From positions 3,513 through 67,512 of the forward strand of contig CALEJY010000250.1 in the NCBI GenBank assembly GCA_937898445.1: DNA of 64,000 nt, written 5' to 3'. The DNA comes from an uncultured Candidatus Melainabacteria bacterium. GTDB taxonomy: Bacteria > Cyanobacteriota > Vampirovibrionia > Gastranaerophilales > Gastranaerophilaceae. Below the pieces are notes generated by a model. It saw only the letters and a list, made by a program, of their open reading frames with translations. It did not search any database and had not been told where the DNA came from. The stretch's first letter is position 1. Every line of letters begins with the position of its first letter. Positions 1 to 9,629 of this stretch are shown here, piece after piece. A program made the position numbers and the translations under genes.

Positions 1-74
1 TTAGAATTTATATATTCATATAATTCTATTTCATTTTCATAAAATCTTATTCTAACTTCTTTTATTTTTGCCAT
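1..74 (-). CDS. Putative ParR-like ribbon-helix-helix partition adaptor (5' part only; runs off window edge; not in ORF track)
   Basis: ATG at 74..72 overlaps the end of the actin gene. Reads MAKIKEVRIRFYENEIELYEYINS..., an alternating beta-strand then helix pattern typical of RHH proteins. Directly downstream of a ParM-like gene. Confidence 0.55.
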   Translation of the reverse strand, partial: MAKIKEVRIRFYENEIELYEYINS

Positions 75-982
75 TTCTTTAACCCCATTAAACGGAAAGC
101 TCTCGCATTAACCGTAATATCATCTACTAATATTGTTTGAGGATATTCTTTTTTGAAGTATTCATCGCCTGTGTTTGCTCCACCTCCTGCTAAAATTAAA
201 TTACATGAAGCAGCACTTGGGAAACTTCCTTTAAATTCATTTAATAATTTATTCATAAAGGCATCTTGGAAATCTTTAAGGAAAGAGTAATCTTTTATAT
301 TAATCATTTTAATTTCTCCGTCAAATACTTTTTTAGCATCTTCAAGACTAATTTTGCAATATTTCATAGAAATATATTTCTTTACATTATGATATAGCTC
401 TAATAATCCTATATCTAAAGATTCTCCATCTACAAATTTATTTTTTTCATTAAATATAGAAATATCAGTTGTTCCTCCTCCTATATCTACTATAAGTGAT
501 TTGGCTTCTATTTGTGCTTTATTTACAGATTTTAAATTTTTAATTCCATAACCTTCAGGACGAATTGCTACATCTTCTATATAGATAGTTCTAGTAACTT
601 TATTCTTACCTGATCCAATAGTTATCTTTTTCATGTTATTTTGTTTTACTAATGCTTTTAATACTTCACCATATTCATTATATTGTCCCGCAGGAATTCC
701 TAATACAAGTTTAATTCTATTGTATTTACTTACTTTAGCAAGACCATAATAAAGTAAATCAAAGAAATTATCTTTTTCAAATTTTAAATGTTCATTTTTA
801 AATTCCCCTTGATTAACTATCCATTTATCGTCTGTTTCGAATATTTCATTATCCCCAAGTTCTTTAATAATAGAATATTTTTCTATTCTACTTTCTACGA
901 TTAAAGCATCGTTACTTTTATCTCCTAAAAATATACTTGTTATATTGCCTATGTCGGCACCGCATATACTTACATTATTCAT
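62..982 (-). CDS. parM: ParM/StbA-family actin-like segregation ATPase
   Basis: Actin-fold motifs GADIGN (phosphate 1), PEG (connect 1), IVDIGGGTTD (phosphate 2), LAGGGA (adenosine). Likely start at 982 (GGAGG RBS) rather than 1000. Confidence 0.85.
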   Translation of the reverse strand: MNNVSICGADIGNITSIFLGDKSNDALIVESRIEKYSIIKELGDNEIFETDDKWIVNQGEFKNEHLKFEKDNFFDLLYYGLAKVSKYNRIKLVLGIPAGQYNEYGEVLKALVKQNNMKKITIGSGKNKVTRTIYIEDVAIRPEGYGIKNLKSVNKAQIEAKSLIVDIGGGTTDISIFNEKNKFVDGESLDIGLLELYHNVKKYISMKYCKISLEDAKKVFDGEIKMINIKDYSFLKDFQDAFMNKLLNEFKGSFPSAASCNLILAGGGANTGDEYFKKEYPQTILVDDITVNARAFRLMGLKKWQK

Positions 983-1031
983 ATTAACCCTCCATATCAT
1001 TTAAATAGGACTTTTTGCCCTTTCTGATATT

Positions 1032-1060
1032 ATTATATGATAGATATTCAAAAAATACAA
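1032..1060 (-). promoter_or_regulatory. Sigma-A-like promoter for parM operon
   Basis: Minus strand TTGTAT (1060-1055), 17-nt spacer, TATAAT (1037-1032), lying between a terminator and parM. Confidence 0.6.
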
Positions 1061-1100
1061 CTACTTTTTAAAAAAAATCCATTTAAATTGGACTATAAAT

Positions 1101-1136
1101 AAAAATAACCCCCCCTAGTCATAAGACTAGAGGGGT
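1101..1136 (-). terminator. Rho-independent terminator ending the late/tail operon
   Basis: Minus strand ACCCCTCTAGTC-TTAT-GACTAGGGGGG stem followed by TTATTTTT. Confidence 0.8.
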
Positions 1137-1158
1137 AATTTGTTTATATATCTATTAA

Positions 1159-1779
1159 TTATTCTGATTTAGGAACAAATGTTTTAGAAACACCATTTAT
1201 AGTTACTATTAATTCTCCATTATCATTGAATGATAATTGAGGAATTTTATTATTTACATATGTTTCAGTTGCATATCCTTTTAAAGATTGGTGCTCTGTT
1301 AAATATCCTTTAGAAGTTAACTCTGTTTCAGTAATATATTCATCAGGAATAGTAGTTAAAAACTTGCTATCATTAGTCAATTCACTTACTTTAGTAGGTA
1401 CAGTTATTGCATCAATCAAACCTTTTAATATCTTACCTTGTTTAGCCGATAAAGGTTTATTCGTAGTTTCTGTTGTTAAATTATCAATTATATCTGAAAC
1501 ATTTACCTTACTTGTAGTGACCCCGTCAATTAAAGATTTATTATTTTTTATATATGTAACTATTTCTGATAGCTGATCTAATGTTTCATCATCTGAATCA
1601 GCAAGTGTATTTAATTTAGTTGTTAGATTTGCTATAAGAGTTCTAATGTCACTATGAGATTCGTTTGAACTATTGTGTTCAGTTATTTCGGTATATAAAT
1701 CATTGTGTAAATCATTTTTTTCATTAAAAATATATTGTTTCAATCCTCTTATTAAAAAATTTATTTGTTTTAAATTCAT
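1159..1779 (-). CDS. Tail fibre-related protein
   Basis: Fibre-type motifs (IIDNLTT..NKPLSAKQGK, PTKVSELTND, GYLTEHQSL). C-terminal FNDNGELIVTINGVSKTFVPKSE shared with two neighbours. Confidence 0.6.
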   Translation of the reverse strand: MNLKQINFLIRGLKQYIFNEKNDLHNDLYTEITEHNSSNESHSDIRTLIANLTTKLNTLADSDDETLDQLSEIVTYIKNNKSLIDGVTTSKVNVSDIIDNLTTETTNKPLSAKQGKILKGLIDAITVPTKVSELTNDSKFLTTIPDEYITETELTSKGYLTEHQSLKGYATETYVNNKIPQLSFNDNGELIVTINGVSKTFVPKSE

Positions 1780-1791
1780 AAAATCACCTTC

Positions 1792-3306
1792 CTATACTGG
1801 ATAATTTGTATCTACACTTAAAATTATATCTCCAGTTACATTTTCAATTTTTATAGTTGCAGTTTTTGGTGAAGATGAAGTGTTCATTGTTACAACACCT
1901 TCATTAGAAGTTATGTCTACACCGTTCATTTCTACTTTATTTACTCTTAAAGTTTTTCCGCTAAATGTAAATTCAAAATTTTTCCCTTTTTCTACTCCTA
2001 TAATTGGAGGCATTAATGCTACGCCTTGATTAGAAACACTATATAAAATTGAAATACCATTCTCTGTTAATGCATTTTCAAATTCTTCATCTGTTATATC
2101 TTCACTTGTTCCAGCTGTTATATTATCATCAAAATATTTTTTAGTTATCAAATCTTTATCTTCTGTTGGCGTACCTTCTTGTGTTAACTTGCCTGCAAAC
2201 CAAGCATTACCATTCCAATCTAATGTGTGAGCATTACTTCTTTCCATGCCACTTTTGCCGTTACCAACTATGTGAGCGTATTTACTACTTTTATCTTCTA
2301 TATTATATTTACCTTGAACGTGTTGATAATCTGATGAAGCAGTCGTAAAACTACCTTCTACATGAGATGCTTTTCCATAAGCGTTTGTTCCCTCTCCTTC
2401 TGCATGAGAAGTTTGCCCCTTAGCTTTCGTTTCCTCTCCTTCTGCATGAGATGCCCATCCACTAGCAGTTGTATTCTTACCTTCTGCATAAGAACATCCT
2501 CCTGACGCTTCAACGATTTTCCCAATAGCAACACTATATTCTCCTATAGTTGTTCCTTCTTTCCTATTCATACTCATACTGCCAGTAAATACAGGGTTTT
2601 CTCCAGTAAACAGCATAGGAGTTAAAGGAACACTAATTTCAGAAATCTTGTCATCCCCCATTCTTCTAGTCAACATAATCCATTTATAAGGGGAATTAGT
2701 AGTAGATGTTAAAGTTACTTGACAAACAATATCCCTAGCACCACTCATTGATTCTACTTTAAGAATTTCTATTTGTATTTCACAATTACCGCTTATAGGA
2801 TTATCTTTAGCTCTACTTTGTCCTCTAAACACTTGATTTATTTGAATATCAACTGTATCTATAAGAGTGTCTAAAGATTGAAGAATAGTACTGCCTGCAT
2901 CAAATGATACTTCTGTAGTCGCTAAGTCTGTGAATATTTGTATAGTTTTATTTTCACCTATTTGTTCTTGTATAGTTGGTAATTCAGTCCCCTGATCTAT
3001 TTTCTCTCCACTTTCTTTAAGTAAATATAATTTACCTTCTTCAACTTTTGTCTCACATGGAATACTATCATTAATTTCACTATCGTCTTTGTTATATAAA
3101 CAGCATACATACATTTCCCATTCTTCTGTATTTTTAGGTGTAGGCAATTTAACATTATGAAGTAGTTTAATTAATTCTTTATCATTTATTCCGTAAGATT
3201 TAATTGTTTGATATACTCTGTATATTTGAATTGTCGTTCTAGGATAAGAGATTTTACCATATCCCTTACTATATTTATTATTAAAGTATTTAATTAACTT
3301 GTTCAT
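1792..3306 (-). CDS. Putative fibre/receptor-binding protein with YadA-like SHAEG repeats
   Basis: Repeated ASHAEG 14-residue units, HVQGKYN...AHIVGNG...RSNAHTLDWNGNAWF block, and the paralogous N-terminal MNKLIKYFN domain. Confidence 0.65.
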   Translation of the reverse strand: MNKLIKYFNNKYSKGYGKISYPRTTIQIYRVYQTIKSYGINDKELIKLLHNVKLPTPKNTEEWEMYVCCLYNKDDSEINDSIPCETKVEEGKLYLLKESGEKIDQGTELPTIQEQIGENKTIQIFTDLATTEVSFDAGSTILQSLDTLIDTVDIQINQVFRGQSRAKDNPISGNCEIQIEILKVESMSGARDIVCQVTLTSTTNSPYKWIMLTRRMGDDKISEISVPLTPMLFTGENPVFTGSMSMNRKEGTTIGEYSVAIGKIVEASGGCSYAEGKNTTASGWASHAEGEETKAKGQTSHAEGEGTNAYGKASHVEGSFTTASSDYQHVQGKYNIEDKSSKYAHIVGNGKSGMERSNAHTLDWNGNAWFAGKLTQEGTPTEDKDLITKKYFDDNITAGTSEDITDEEFENALTENGISILYSVSNQGVALMPPIIGVEKGKNFEFTFSGKTLRVNKVEMNGVDITSNEGVVTMNTSSSPKTATIKIENVTGDIILSVDTNYPV

Positions 3307-3347
3307 TTAATCAACTCCTTAAAATAATAACCCCTTTCAATTGATTT

Positions 3348-4508
3348 TTATGCTTTAGGTGTAAATGTTTTTGTTACTCCGTTTATAGTTACTACTAACT
3401 CTCCGTCAGAATTAATATATATATCGTTAGTACTTAATAATTTTTTACCATTATTTTGATTATCGCCTTTGACATATACATCGCCTGCGAACCAAGCATT
3501 GCCTTTCCAATCAAGAGTATAAGCATTACTTCTTTCTGTATCATCAGTACCATTACCAACTATGTGGGCATACTTATCATTAGCATCCTCTATATTATAT
3601 TTACCTTGAACGTGTTGATAATTTGATGATGCTTTAGTACTAAACCCTTCTGCATGAGATGCATAAGCCATAGTATAGGTTTCTGTACAACTTCCTTCTG
3701 CATGAGAATAATCTCCTCTAGCGACTGTATTTCGTCCTTCTGCATGGGAATCCTCTCCATAAGCTAAATTATAAGAACCTTGAGCGCAAGAACAATTCCC
3801 ATCAGCAGTTAAATCCCTCCCAATAGCAATAGAATTACGACTTGAGGCTATTGCTCCTTCACCAACAGCAATACTATTATTATAAGCGAATCCTCCAATT
3901 ACAATATTGTCTTTTGGAGTTATATATATATCGCTAATATAATCTGTAATTTCAAAAATTTTAATAATTCTTCCTTGAGGAAATTCATTAGACGAATAAA
4001 TACTCATTTTATTATCTAATGTATTAGTATAATATTTTATACCGTTTGAATCGTAATAAACAGAATCATAAGAAGTAGAATCTTGTACTCGATATAAGGA
4101 ATCAAAATCTATCCCTATATAAATAACAAATTTATTTAACTTTTGAAAATCTATATCGTATTTAGAAAAATCTAGTACCCTATAGTTCCCAACCATACTT
4201 TCATAATATTCTAAATTATTTAATTCATCTGCGGTTAGCTCAATAGTATATTCATTTAATATTTGTGGCATCATTTTATTTCGAGGTATTCCGTCATTAA
4301 TACATTCTGAATACATTTCCATTTCTTCCATTGTTTTAGGTTTAGGTAATTTAATACTATGTAATAATTTAGTTAATTCATTATCTTCAATATTATAGTC
4401 TTTAATTATTTGATAAACTTGGTATATCTGCATTGTTGTTCTTGGGAAAGAAATCTTTCTATATTCTTTCCCATAATTTTTATTAAAATATTTAATTAAT
4501 TTATTCAT
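3348..4508 (-). CDS. Putative fibre/receptor-binding protein with YadA-like SHAEG repeats (paralogue)
   Basis: Same N-terminal domain and SHAEG/AHIVGNG block as 1792..3306, plus the GELVVTINGVTKTF C-terminus. Confidence 0.65.
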   Translation of the reverse strand: MNKLIKYFNKNYGKEYRKISFPRTTMQIYQVYQIIKDYNIEDNELTKLLHSIKLPKPKTMEEMEMYSECINDGIPRNKMMPQILNEYTIELTADELNNLEYYESMVGNYRVLDFSKYDIDFQKLNKFVIYIGIDFDSLYRVQDSTSYDSVYYDSNGIKYYTNTLDNKMSIYSSNEFPQGRIIKIFEITDYISDIYITPKDNIVIGGFAYNNSIAVGEGAIASSRNSIAIGRDLTADGNCSCAQGSYNLAYGEDSHAEGRNTVARGDYSHAEGSCTETYTMAYASHAEGFSTKASSNYQHVQGKYNIEDANDKYAHIVGNGTDDTERSNAYTLDWKGNAWFAGDVYVKGDNQNNGKKLLSTNDIYINSDGELVVTINGVTKTFTPKA

Positions 4509-4516
4509 TATTTCAC

Positions 4517-5335
4517 CTATCTTTCGAATACTTCTACATATTTACTACTAGCAGTTATATAATAGCCTGCTTTAACTAAATACATATGCGTACCACAACC
4601 AGTATCAGTAACTTCTTTCACTATAGTTACACAAGTTCCTGCTTTAACCTCTCCAATCACAGAAGAAGAATTGAAATCAGGAGTTTTATGTATATTAACA
4701 TCTTTAAGAACTCTTAAATATTTTGTTTTAGTAGTTGTAGTATTAGGAATTTGAGTAACATTACCTTTACCATTAGTACAGTTTACGATGTCAGATAGTT
4801 TTATTTTACCTGCCTTTAAATTGTAACAATCTAATCTAAATTGTTCGTATTTTTTTGGATTTAAAACCATGTAAATTGGACACAATTTATATGCTCTACC
4901 AACAACATCTGTGTGTCTAATTATGTCTTTCTTAGGGTTTAACCCTTTATTTGCGCACAACCAAGCACAAAGATGTACCATAGCTTTATATGTAGCATCT
5001 GTATAATGGTTATCCTTACCTGTGGTTGCCACTTCAACTCCAACAGCATAAGAATTAGCACTATTAGTACAATAACACATTTCATTCAATGGGATTAATT
5101 GATATATTGTTCCGTCTAGGTCAATTACAAAATGAGCAGATGCGTAGATATATCTTCCGTTTACTTTATATCCGTTTGCCACAACATTGTTAAAATAGCT
5201 AACTGTATTTTTTCCCGGAACATCTGCTTGACCTGTGTAGTGTATTGCCACTTTAGTATAATTTAATTTAATTCCGGGTCTACCGTATTTATTAAATTTC
5301 ATAAATTTTTCTATTATTTTTGGTTTTTGAACCAT
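4517..5335 (-). CDS. N-acetylmuramoyl-L-alanine amidase (Amidase_2 type endolysin) with SH3-like C-terminal domain
   Basis: AIHYTG, SAHFVID, NSYAVGVEV, IIRH...KLCP zinc-amidase motifs, Thr-rich linker, VNIHKTPD..VIG SH3b-like tail. Confidence 0.85.
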   Translation of the reverse strand: MVQKPKIIEKFMKFNKYGRPGIKLNYTKVAIHYTGQADVPGKNTVSYFNNVVANGYKVNGRYIYASAHFVIDLDGTIYQLIPLNEMCYCTNSANSYAVGVEVATTGKDNHYTDATYKAMVHLCAWLCANKGLNPKKDIIRHTDVVGRAYKLCPIYMVLNPKKYEQFRLDCYNLKAGKIKLSDIVNCTNGKGNVTQIPNTTTTKTKYLRVLKDVNIHKTPDFNSSSVIGEVKAGTCVTIVKEVTDTGCGTHMYLVKAGYYITASSKYVEVFER

Positions 5336-5352
5336 AAAATCATCTCCTTGTT

Positions 5353-5384
5353 AAAATAAAAAGAGCAGAGAACAATCTCTACTC
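5353..5384 (-). terminator. Rho-independent terminator immediately upstream of the amidase
   Basis: Minus strand GAGTAGAGA-TTGT-TCTCTGCTC followed by TTTTTATTTT. Confidence 0.65.
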
Positions 5385-6935
5385 TGATTTAGGTACAAAT
5401 GTTTTTGTTACACCATTTATAGTGACCACTAATTCTCCCGCATCATTAAATGATATATCTTTTGTACTTAATAATTTATTTCCTTCATCTTGATTATTTC
5501 CTCCGACATAAACATCCTTTTTAAACCATGCGTTACCATTCCAATCTAATGTATGTGCATTAGAACGATGACTTTCTCCTGTCCCATTCCCAACGATTAA
5601 AGTATATCTATCATCTTCATTTATGTTATTATATGCCCCAAAAGCAAGTTGTCCTGCTGAATTTGATTCTACACACATTCCTATGGCAGCACTATTAGTT
5701 CCACGAGCAACGGTTCTTTCTCCAACAGAAAGGCTTCTATCCCCTTGAATTTTCCCATTAGAATTATCGTAATTCGTACCTACTTGAAGTGAATCAGAAA
5801 TTGTTGCACTTGCTGGTAAATAAACCCCATTTTGAATTTTAAAGTTTTTATCTATTTCATACAAGCTTATTGATAAAGAAAGATTAATAGAATGGAATAT
5901 ACTTTCACAAGTACAATTAAAAGATGTAGTTTTATTTTTTTGAAATACAAGTTTTGTATTTTCTTTACTTGCTACTACATATATATATAATTTTAAATCT
6001 TTTTCTTTATCAATATACATAACCATTGAAGTATGAAGATATTCTAAGTCTCCTCTATAAGAATGATATAGTCGATAAGTTCTTCCTTTATTTATTTGAA
6101 GATAATAGTCCATGTTTTGATAAGCTAATCCTTCTATTCGTGCGCTATTTATAATCCATGTATGCGTAGACATAGAAGAATTAGAAAAAAAATCATCAAT
6201 AGCAGATTTACTTACATCTGTATTAAATACTTCTCTTAATGTATAATCTTCCTTAGAATCAACATATTTTTTATTAACTAAAATATTACTATCATCGTTA
6301 TCAGATATAGTGTCAGAAAATTTTATAGGTTTTTTAATGTTTAAATATTTTTGTGATTTATTAGCCACAAAACATCCATCTAAATCAATATGATTAGGAG
6401 AAATTGATATATAACCGTCTTTATTTCCTAAATGAATAGTTTCAGGCATTAATTCTGTATCAATTTTCTTTAGTTCTATAATTTCATATATTTCTAAATC
6501 TGTTTTAATATCAACATACCCATCTGTTAAATCTATTTCAAAATACTCTTCATTAATTATCGTATCTTCTTGCTCGATGTCATAATATGAATTAGGATAT
6601 ATATTAATTTCTCCAATAGAATCTTCATGGTAAAGAGCTGTCCCCCAAGGAGTTAGTTGTGGATACATAAAAAATTGTTGATTTAAAAATTTTATATAGT
6701 ATTTTTTATTTGTATCAATTTCTAAATGTTTATTAAAATAAGTATAACGATAATTATTTGACATATTCCATGTTCTATTTATTAATTCTTCTTTTGTTAT
6801 TTTTAAAATTAATTTCTTTTTTACATAACAAGGTAATATATCATAAACATCTGTATTAATTTTTTTATCTACCTGATCTAAAGTTTTATTAAAATCTTTT
6901 TTTAATTCTTGTAATAATATATCTTCGTTTAACAT
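5379..6935 (-). CDS. Putative fibre/receptor-binding protein (paralogue)
   Basis: Degenerate YadA-like repeats, IVGNG..RSNAHTLDWNGNAWF block and GELVVTINGVTKTFVPKSE end. Confidence 0.6.
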   Translation of the reverse strand: MLNEDILLQELKKDFNKTLDQVDKKINTDVYDILPCYVKKKLILKITKEELINRTWNMSNNYRYTYFNKHLEIDTNKKYYIKFLNQQFFMYPQLTPWGTALYHEDSIGEINIYPNSYYDIEQEDTIINEEYFEIDLTDGYVDIKTDLEIYEIIELKKIDTELMPETIHLGNKDGYISISPNHIDLDGCFVANKSQKYLNIKKPIKFSDTISDNDDSNILVNKKYVDSKEDYTLREVFNTDVSKSAIDDFFSNSSMSTHTWIINSARIEGLAYQNMDYYLQINKGRTYRLYHSYRGDLEYLHTSMVMYIDKEKDLKLYIYVVASKENTKLVFQKNKTTSFNCTCESIFHSINLSLSISLYEIDKNFKIQNGVYLPASATISDSLQVGTNYDNSNGKIQGDRSLSVGERTVARGTNSAAIGMCVESNSAGQLAFGAYNNINEDDRYTLIVGNGTGESHRSNAHTLDWNGNAWFKKDVYVGGNNQDEGNKLLSTKDISFNDAGELVVTINGVTKTFVPKSE

Positions 6936-6946
6936 AAAATCACCTC

Positions 6947-7702
6947 TTATTGTGGGGATTGTTCAGAAATTTCTACTAAACAAGGCTGACTCAATACAGA
7001 TTTATCTTCCATAAAAACATTTAAAATCATGTAGAAATAAACATTATAAGTTATAAAATGTCCGTATACTATATCATTAGGAGAATCATAATTTTGAAGA
7101 TATTCTGAATCATCATTTACATTTTCCTTAGACAATTCTTCTAATGCTCCTTGAATATCGGATATTTTAATCATATAAAGTTTTAAAGAATATCTGTAAG
7201 AATCATCTAAAGACTCATCTGCCACATCTTGTATATTATTATCATGAAGCTCTAAAACCAATATATAATCTAAATCTATTTGAGTTAAAGAGATTCCTAT
7301 AAGAGTTCTACCATAAATCAAATTGACATTAACAGGTTTATATGAAAGCGCAGAAAGACTTTGAGGACTCGTTCCTTGAGGTGGTCCGGAAGGTGTTTTT
7401 AATGTAACAAAATTCAATTCGATATCTTTATATGAAAAATTTCTTTGGATTACAAAAACATGAATCGCTCCACCTGTTTCTAAAAGATTATTTATTGATT
7501 CTGTATCCTTTATTCTTAGTTCACAATAACCATCATGATTTACATATTGACATTTTATAGGAGTTAATTTACTTCCACCACCAATATTACTTCCATCAAT
7601 TCTATACATCTTACCATCTTTCCCTAAAGCCAACACAGTATCGACTTGTTCTTTATCTTCTAATAATGGTAAATCTGTTACTTTTGTTCTTAAATCATTC
7701 AT
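6947..7702 (-). CDS. Hypothetical virion-associated protein
   Basis: ORF with GGAGATG RBS. N-terminal KVTDLP motif of the type seen at fibre N-termini. Confidence 0.5.
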   Translation of the reverse strand: MNDLRTKVTDLPLLEDKEQVDTVLALGKDGKMYRIDGSNIGGGSKLTPIKCQYVNHDGYCELRIKDTESINNLLETGGAIHVFVIQRNFSYKDIELNFVTLKTPSGPPQGTSPQSLSALSYKPVNVNLIYGRTLIGISLTQIDLDYILVLELHDNNIQDVADESLDDSYRYSLKLYMIKISDIQGALEELSKENVNDDSEYLQNYDSPNDIVYGHFITYNVYFYMILNVFMEDKSVLSQPCLVEISEQSPQ

Positions 7703-7713
7703 TGTATCATCTC

Positions 7714-8040
7714 CTAAATTTCTATTAATTTATTATTTTCATCTGATAAATATGTTCCGTCAGATAACATTAAAGCATCTACTACTAATCCATAATAAAG
7801 CATTTTATCTAATGTTTCGTTTTCATAGTTTAAACATTCAGAATAAAATTCTCTTTCAGTTATATTTCTAGGTTTAGGTAAGACACATTCTTTAAGTAAT
7901 GAAATTAAATATGTATCTGATATATTGCAATCCTTTATTGATTGATATGCTTGATATATTTGGATTGTTGTTCTAGGATATGCTATCTTACCGTATTCTT
8001 TTCCATAATTTGTGTTAAAGTATTTAATTAATTCATTCAT
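7714..8040 (-). CDS. Hypothetical protein, MNxLIKYFN paralogue family
   Basis: N-terminus nearly identical to 1792..3306 (YGKIAYPRTTIQIY...LPKP). C-terminal LMLSDGTYLSDENN. Confidence 0.6.
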   Translation of the reverse strand: MNELIKYFNTNYGKEYGKIAYPRTTIQIYQAYQSIKDCNISDTYLISLLKECVLPKPRNITEREFYSECLNYENETLDKMLYYGLVVDALMLSDGTYLSDENNKLIEI

Positions 8041-8051
8041 TTAATCAACTC

Positions 8052-8459
8052 CTATACAGGTGCGTTACCATATACTCCATCTCTAGTATAAATATTTATC
8101 GCTTTATCTTCTAATCTTATTTCCACACTTTCAGCAGTACATATTATATCCTCATCGTTTTCCACTAAAATAATTTTACCTTTTCTTATAGCTTCTGCTA
8201 TTTCATCTATTTCATCTTCCCATTCTTCTTTTGGTATACTTATAGTGTAATATTCATTTCCATCTTCATTTAAAGAAAAATAATCTTTCCATGAATCTAT
8301 TTTAGGCAATTTAACATCTTTTAACATTTCTTGTATTTCATCATTTTGTATACGAGATAAGAATTTATATGTTTTTAATATTTGTAAGTCTGTTTTTGGG
8401 TACGGAAGATAAAATATGCCACCGAATAACTCGTTATATTTATTTATTATTTTATTCAT
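8052..8459 (-). CDS. Hypothetical protein, MNxLIKYFN paralogue family (divergent)
   Basis: MNKIINKYN...YPKTDLQILKTYKFL...VKLPK. Confidence 0.55.
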   Translation of the reverse strand: MNKIINKYNELFGGIFYLPYPKTDLQILKTYKFLSRIQNDEIQEMLKDVKLPKIDSWKDYFSLNEDGNEYYTISIPKEEWEDEIDEIAEAIRKGKIILVENDEDIICTAESVEIRLEDKAINIYTRDGVYGNAPV

Positions 8460-8806
8460 TGTTCCTTTTCTCCTTCAAGATAATAATACAATACGCCATT
8501 TCTTTCATAAACTTGATGATATCCATATGCATAATATGAATCATATAAATTTTCAATGTATTTATTTCCCGTTTTAGAGATTCTAATATTATCAATATAA
8601 TCAACACATTCTCTATATATGTCTAATTCTTTAAGAGTTGTTGGTTTTGGTACTTCTATTTTCTCAAATAATTTTCTCAATTCATCATCATCATATTCAT
8701 TTATTTTATTTTGTAAAAATAAGTAAACATAATAAAAGTCTGTTTTAGTTTTTGGGTATTCTATTTTAGAATATTTTTTATTATATAGTTTAATTAATTC
8801 GTTCAT
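8456..8806 (-). CDS. Hypothetical protein, MNxLIKYFN paralogue family
   Basis: MNELIKLYNKKYSKIEYPKT...VPKPTT..E..Y.EC. Confidence 0.6.
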   Translation of the reverse strand: MNELIKLYNKKYSKIEYPKTKTDFYYVYLFLQNKINEYDDDELRKLFEKIEVPKPTTLKELDIYRECVDYIDNIRISKTGNKYIENLYDSYYAYGYHQVYERNGVLYYYLEGEKEQ

Positions 8807-8822
8807 ATTTAAACTCCTTTCT

Positions 8823-9629
8823 TTATTGCGGTATTTGACCCATTAAAATACTATTTTCAGATGCTTCTGCTAAAAGTCCTAAACAGGAAGATTTTAAAAT
8901 TATTTTCTTTTCTTCTTTATTTATTTTCCAATAAGGTAAGATTCCGTCAACTCCCATATATATAGATTTACCCTTTTTTATTGCATCTAATACTGTATAA
9001 TAATTATCTTTTTGAGTTAAAAAATATTGATTTTTATCCACAGATATTGGAAATGGGATTGAGTCACAATATAAGTCTATTTCGTCTATATTTTTAGGAA
9101 ATGGGAGAATAGTCTCGTCTATATAATCACATAAGCTATCATCGTTAATATAATTATTTACAGTAAATATAAAATTATATGCTCTATACATATCCATTTT
9201 ATTTTTAGGATATTCTAACTTAGGCAACTCAAGAGAATTTATATATAATGTTAAAGAACAGTTATTTTCGTTTATAGATATACCATTTGTTCTTAAAACA
9301 ATCTCATCTCCCTTTATTATAATCATAACAGAATTATCGTTATATCCATTTACCTTATGCCCGTTTCTTACACTCTGTTTCATAATTCCTTCATAAACTT
9401 CCCCGTCTGTTTTTAAAATATAACCAATAGATATCGGTCTATTATCTTTTATTTTTGGCACTTTAAATAATGGATAATAATGAATTTCTTGTGGACTTAT
9501 TAAACCAGCATCATTTCTAAAATCATCATATTCATCGGCATTTAATAATTTAACAGGTTTTAAATCTTTACAAATATATTCTCTTTTGTTAGTATATCTC
9601 TCGTTAAAATAATCAATCAACTCTTTCAT
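8823..9629 (-). CDS. Hypothetical protein, MNxLIKYFN paralogue family with internal insertion
   Basis: MKELIDYFNERY at the start. The rest of the shared domain (KLEYPKNKMDMYRAY...LPFPKN..E..LYC) appears about 120 aa later. Confidence 0.55.
   Translation of the reverse strand: MKELIDYFNERYTNKREYICKDLKPVKLLNADEYDDFRNDAGLISPQEIHYYPLFKVPKIKDNRPISIGYILKTDGEVYEGIMKQSVRNGHKVNGYNDNSVMIIIKGDEIVLRTNGISINENNCSLTLYINSLELPKLEYPKNKMDMYRAYNFIFTVNNYINDDSLCDYIDETILPFPKNIDEIDLYCDSIPFPISVDKNQYFLTQKDNYYTVLDAIKKGKSIYMGVDGILPYWKINKEEKKIILKSSCLGLLAEASENSILMGQIPQ

Noticed and set aside
1792..6935. Diversity-generating retroelement or invertase shufflon acting on fibre genes
   Set aside because: No reverse transcriptase or recombinase in the window, repeats do not differ specifically at adenines, and all cassettes share one orientation.
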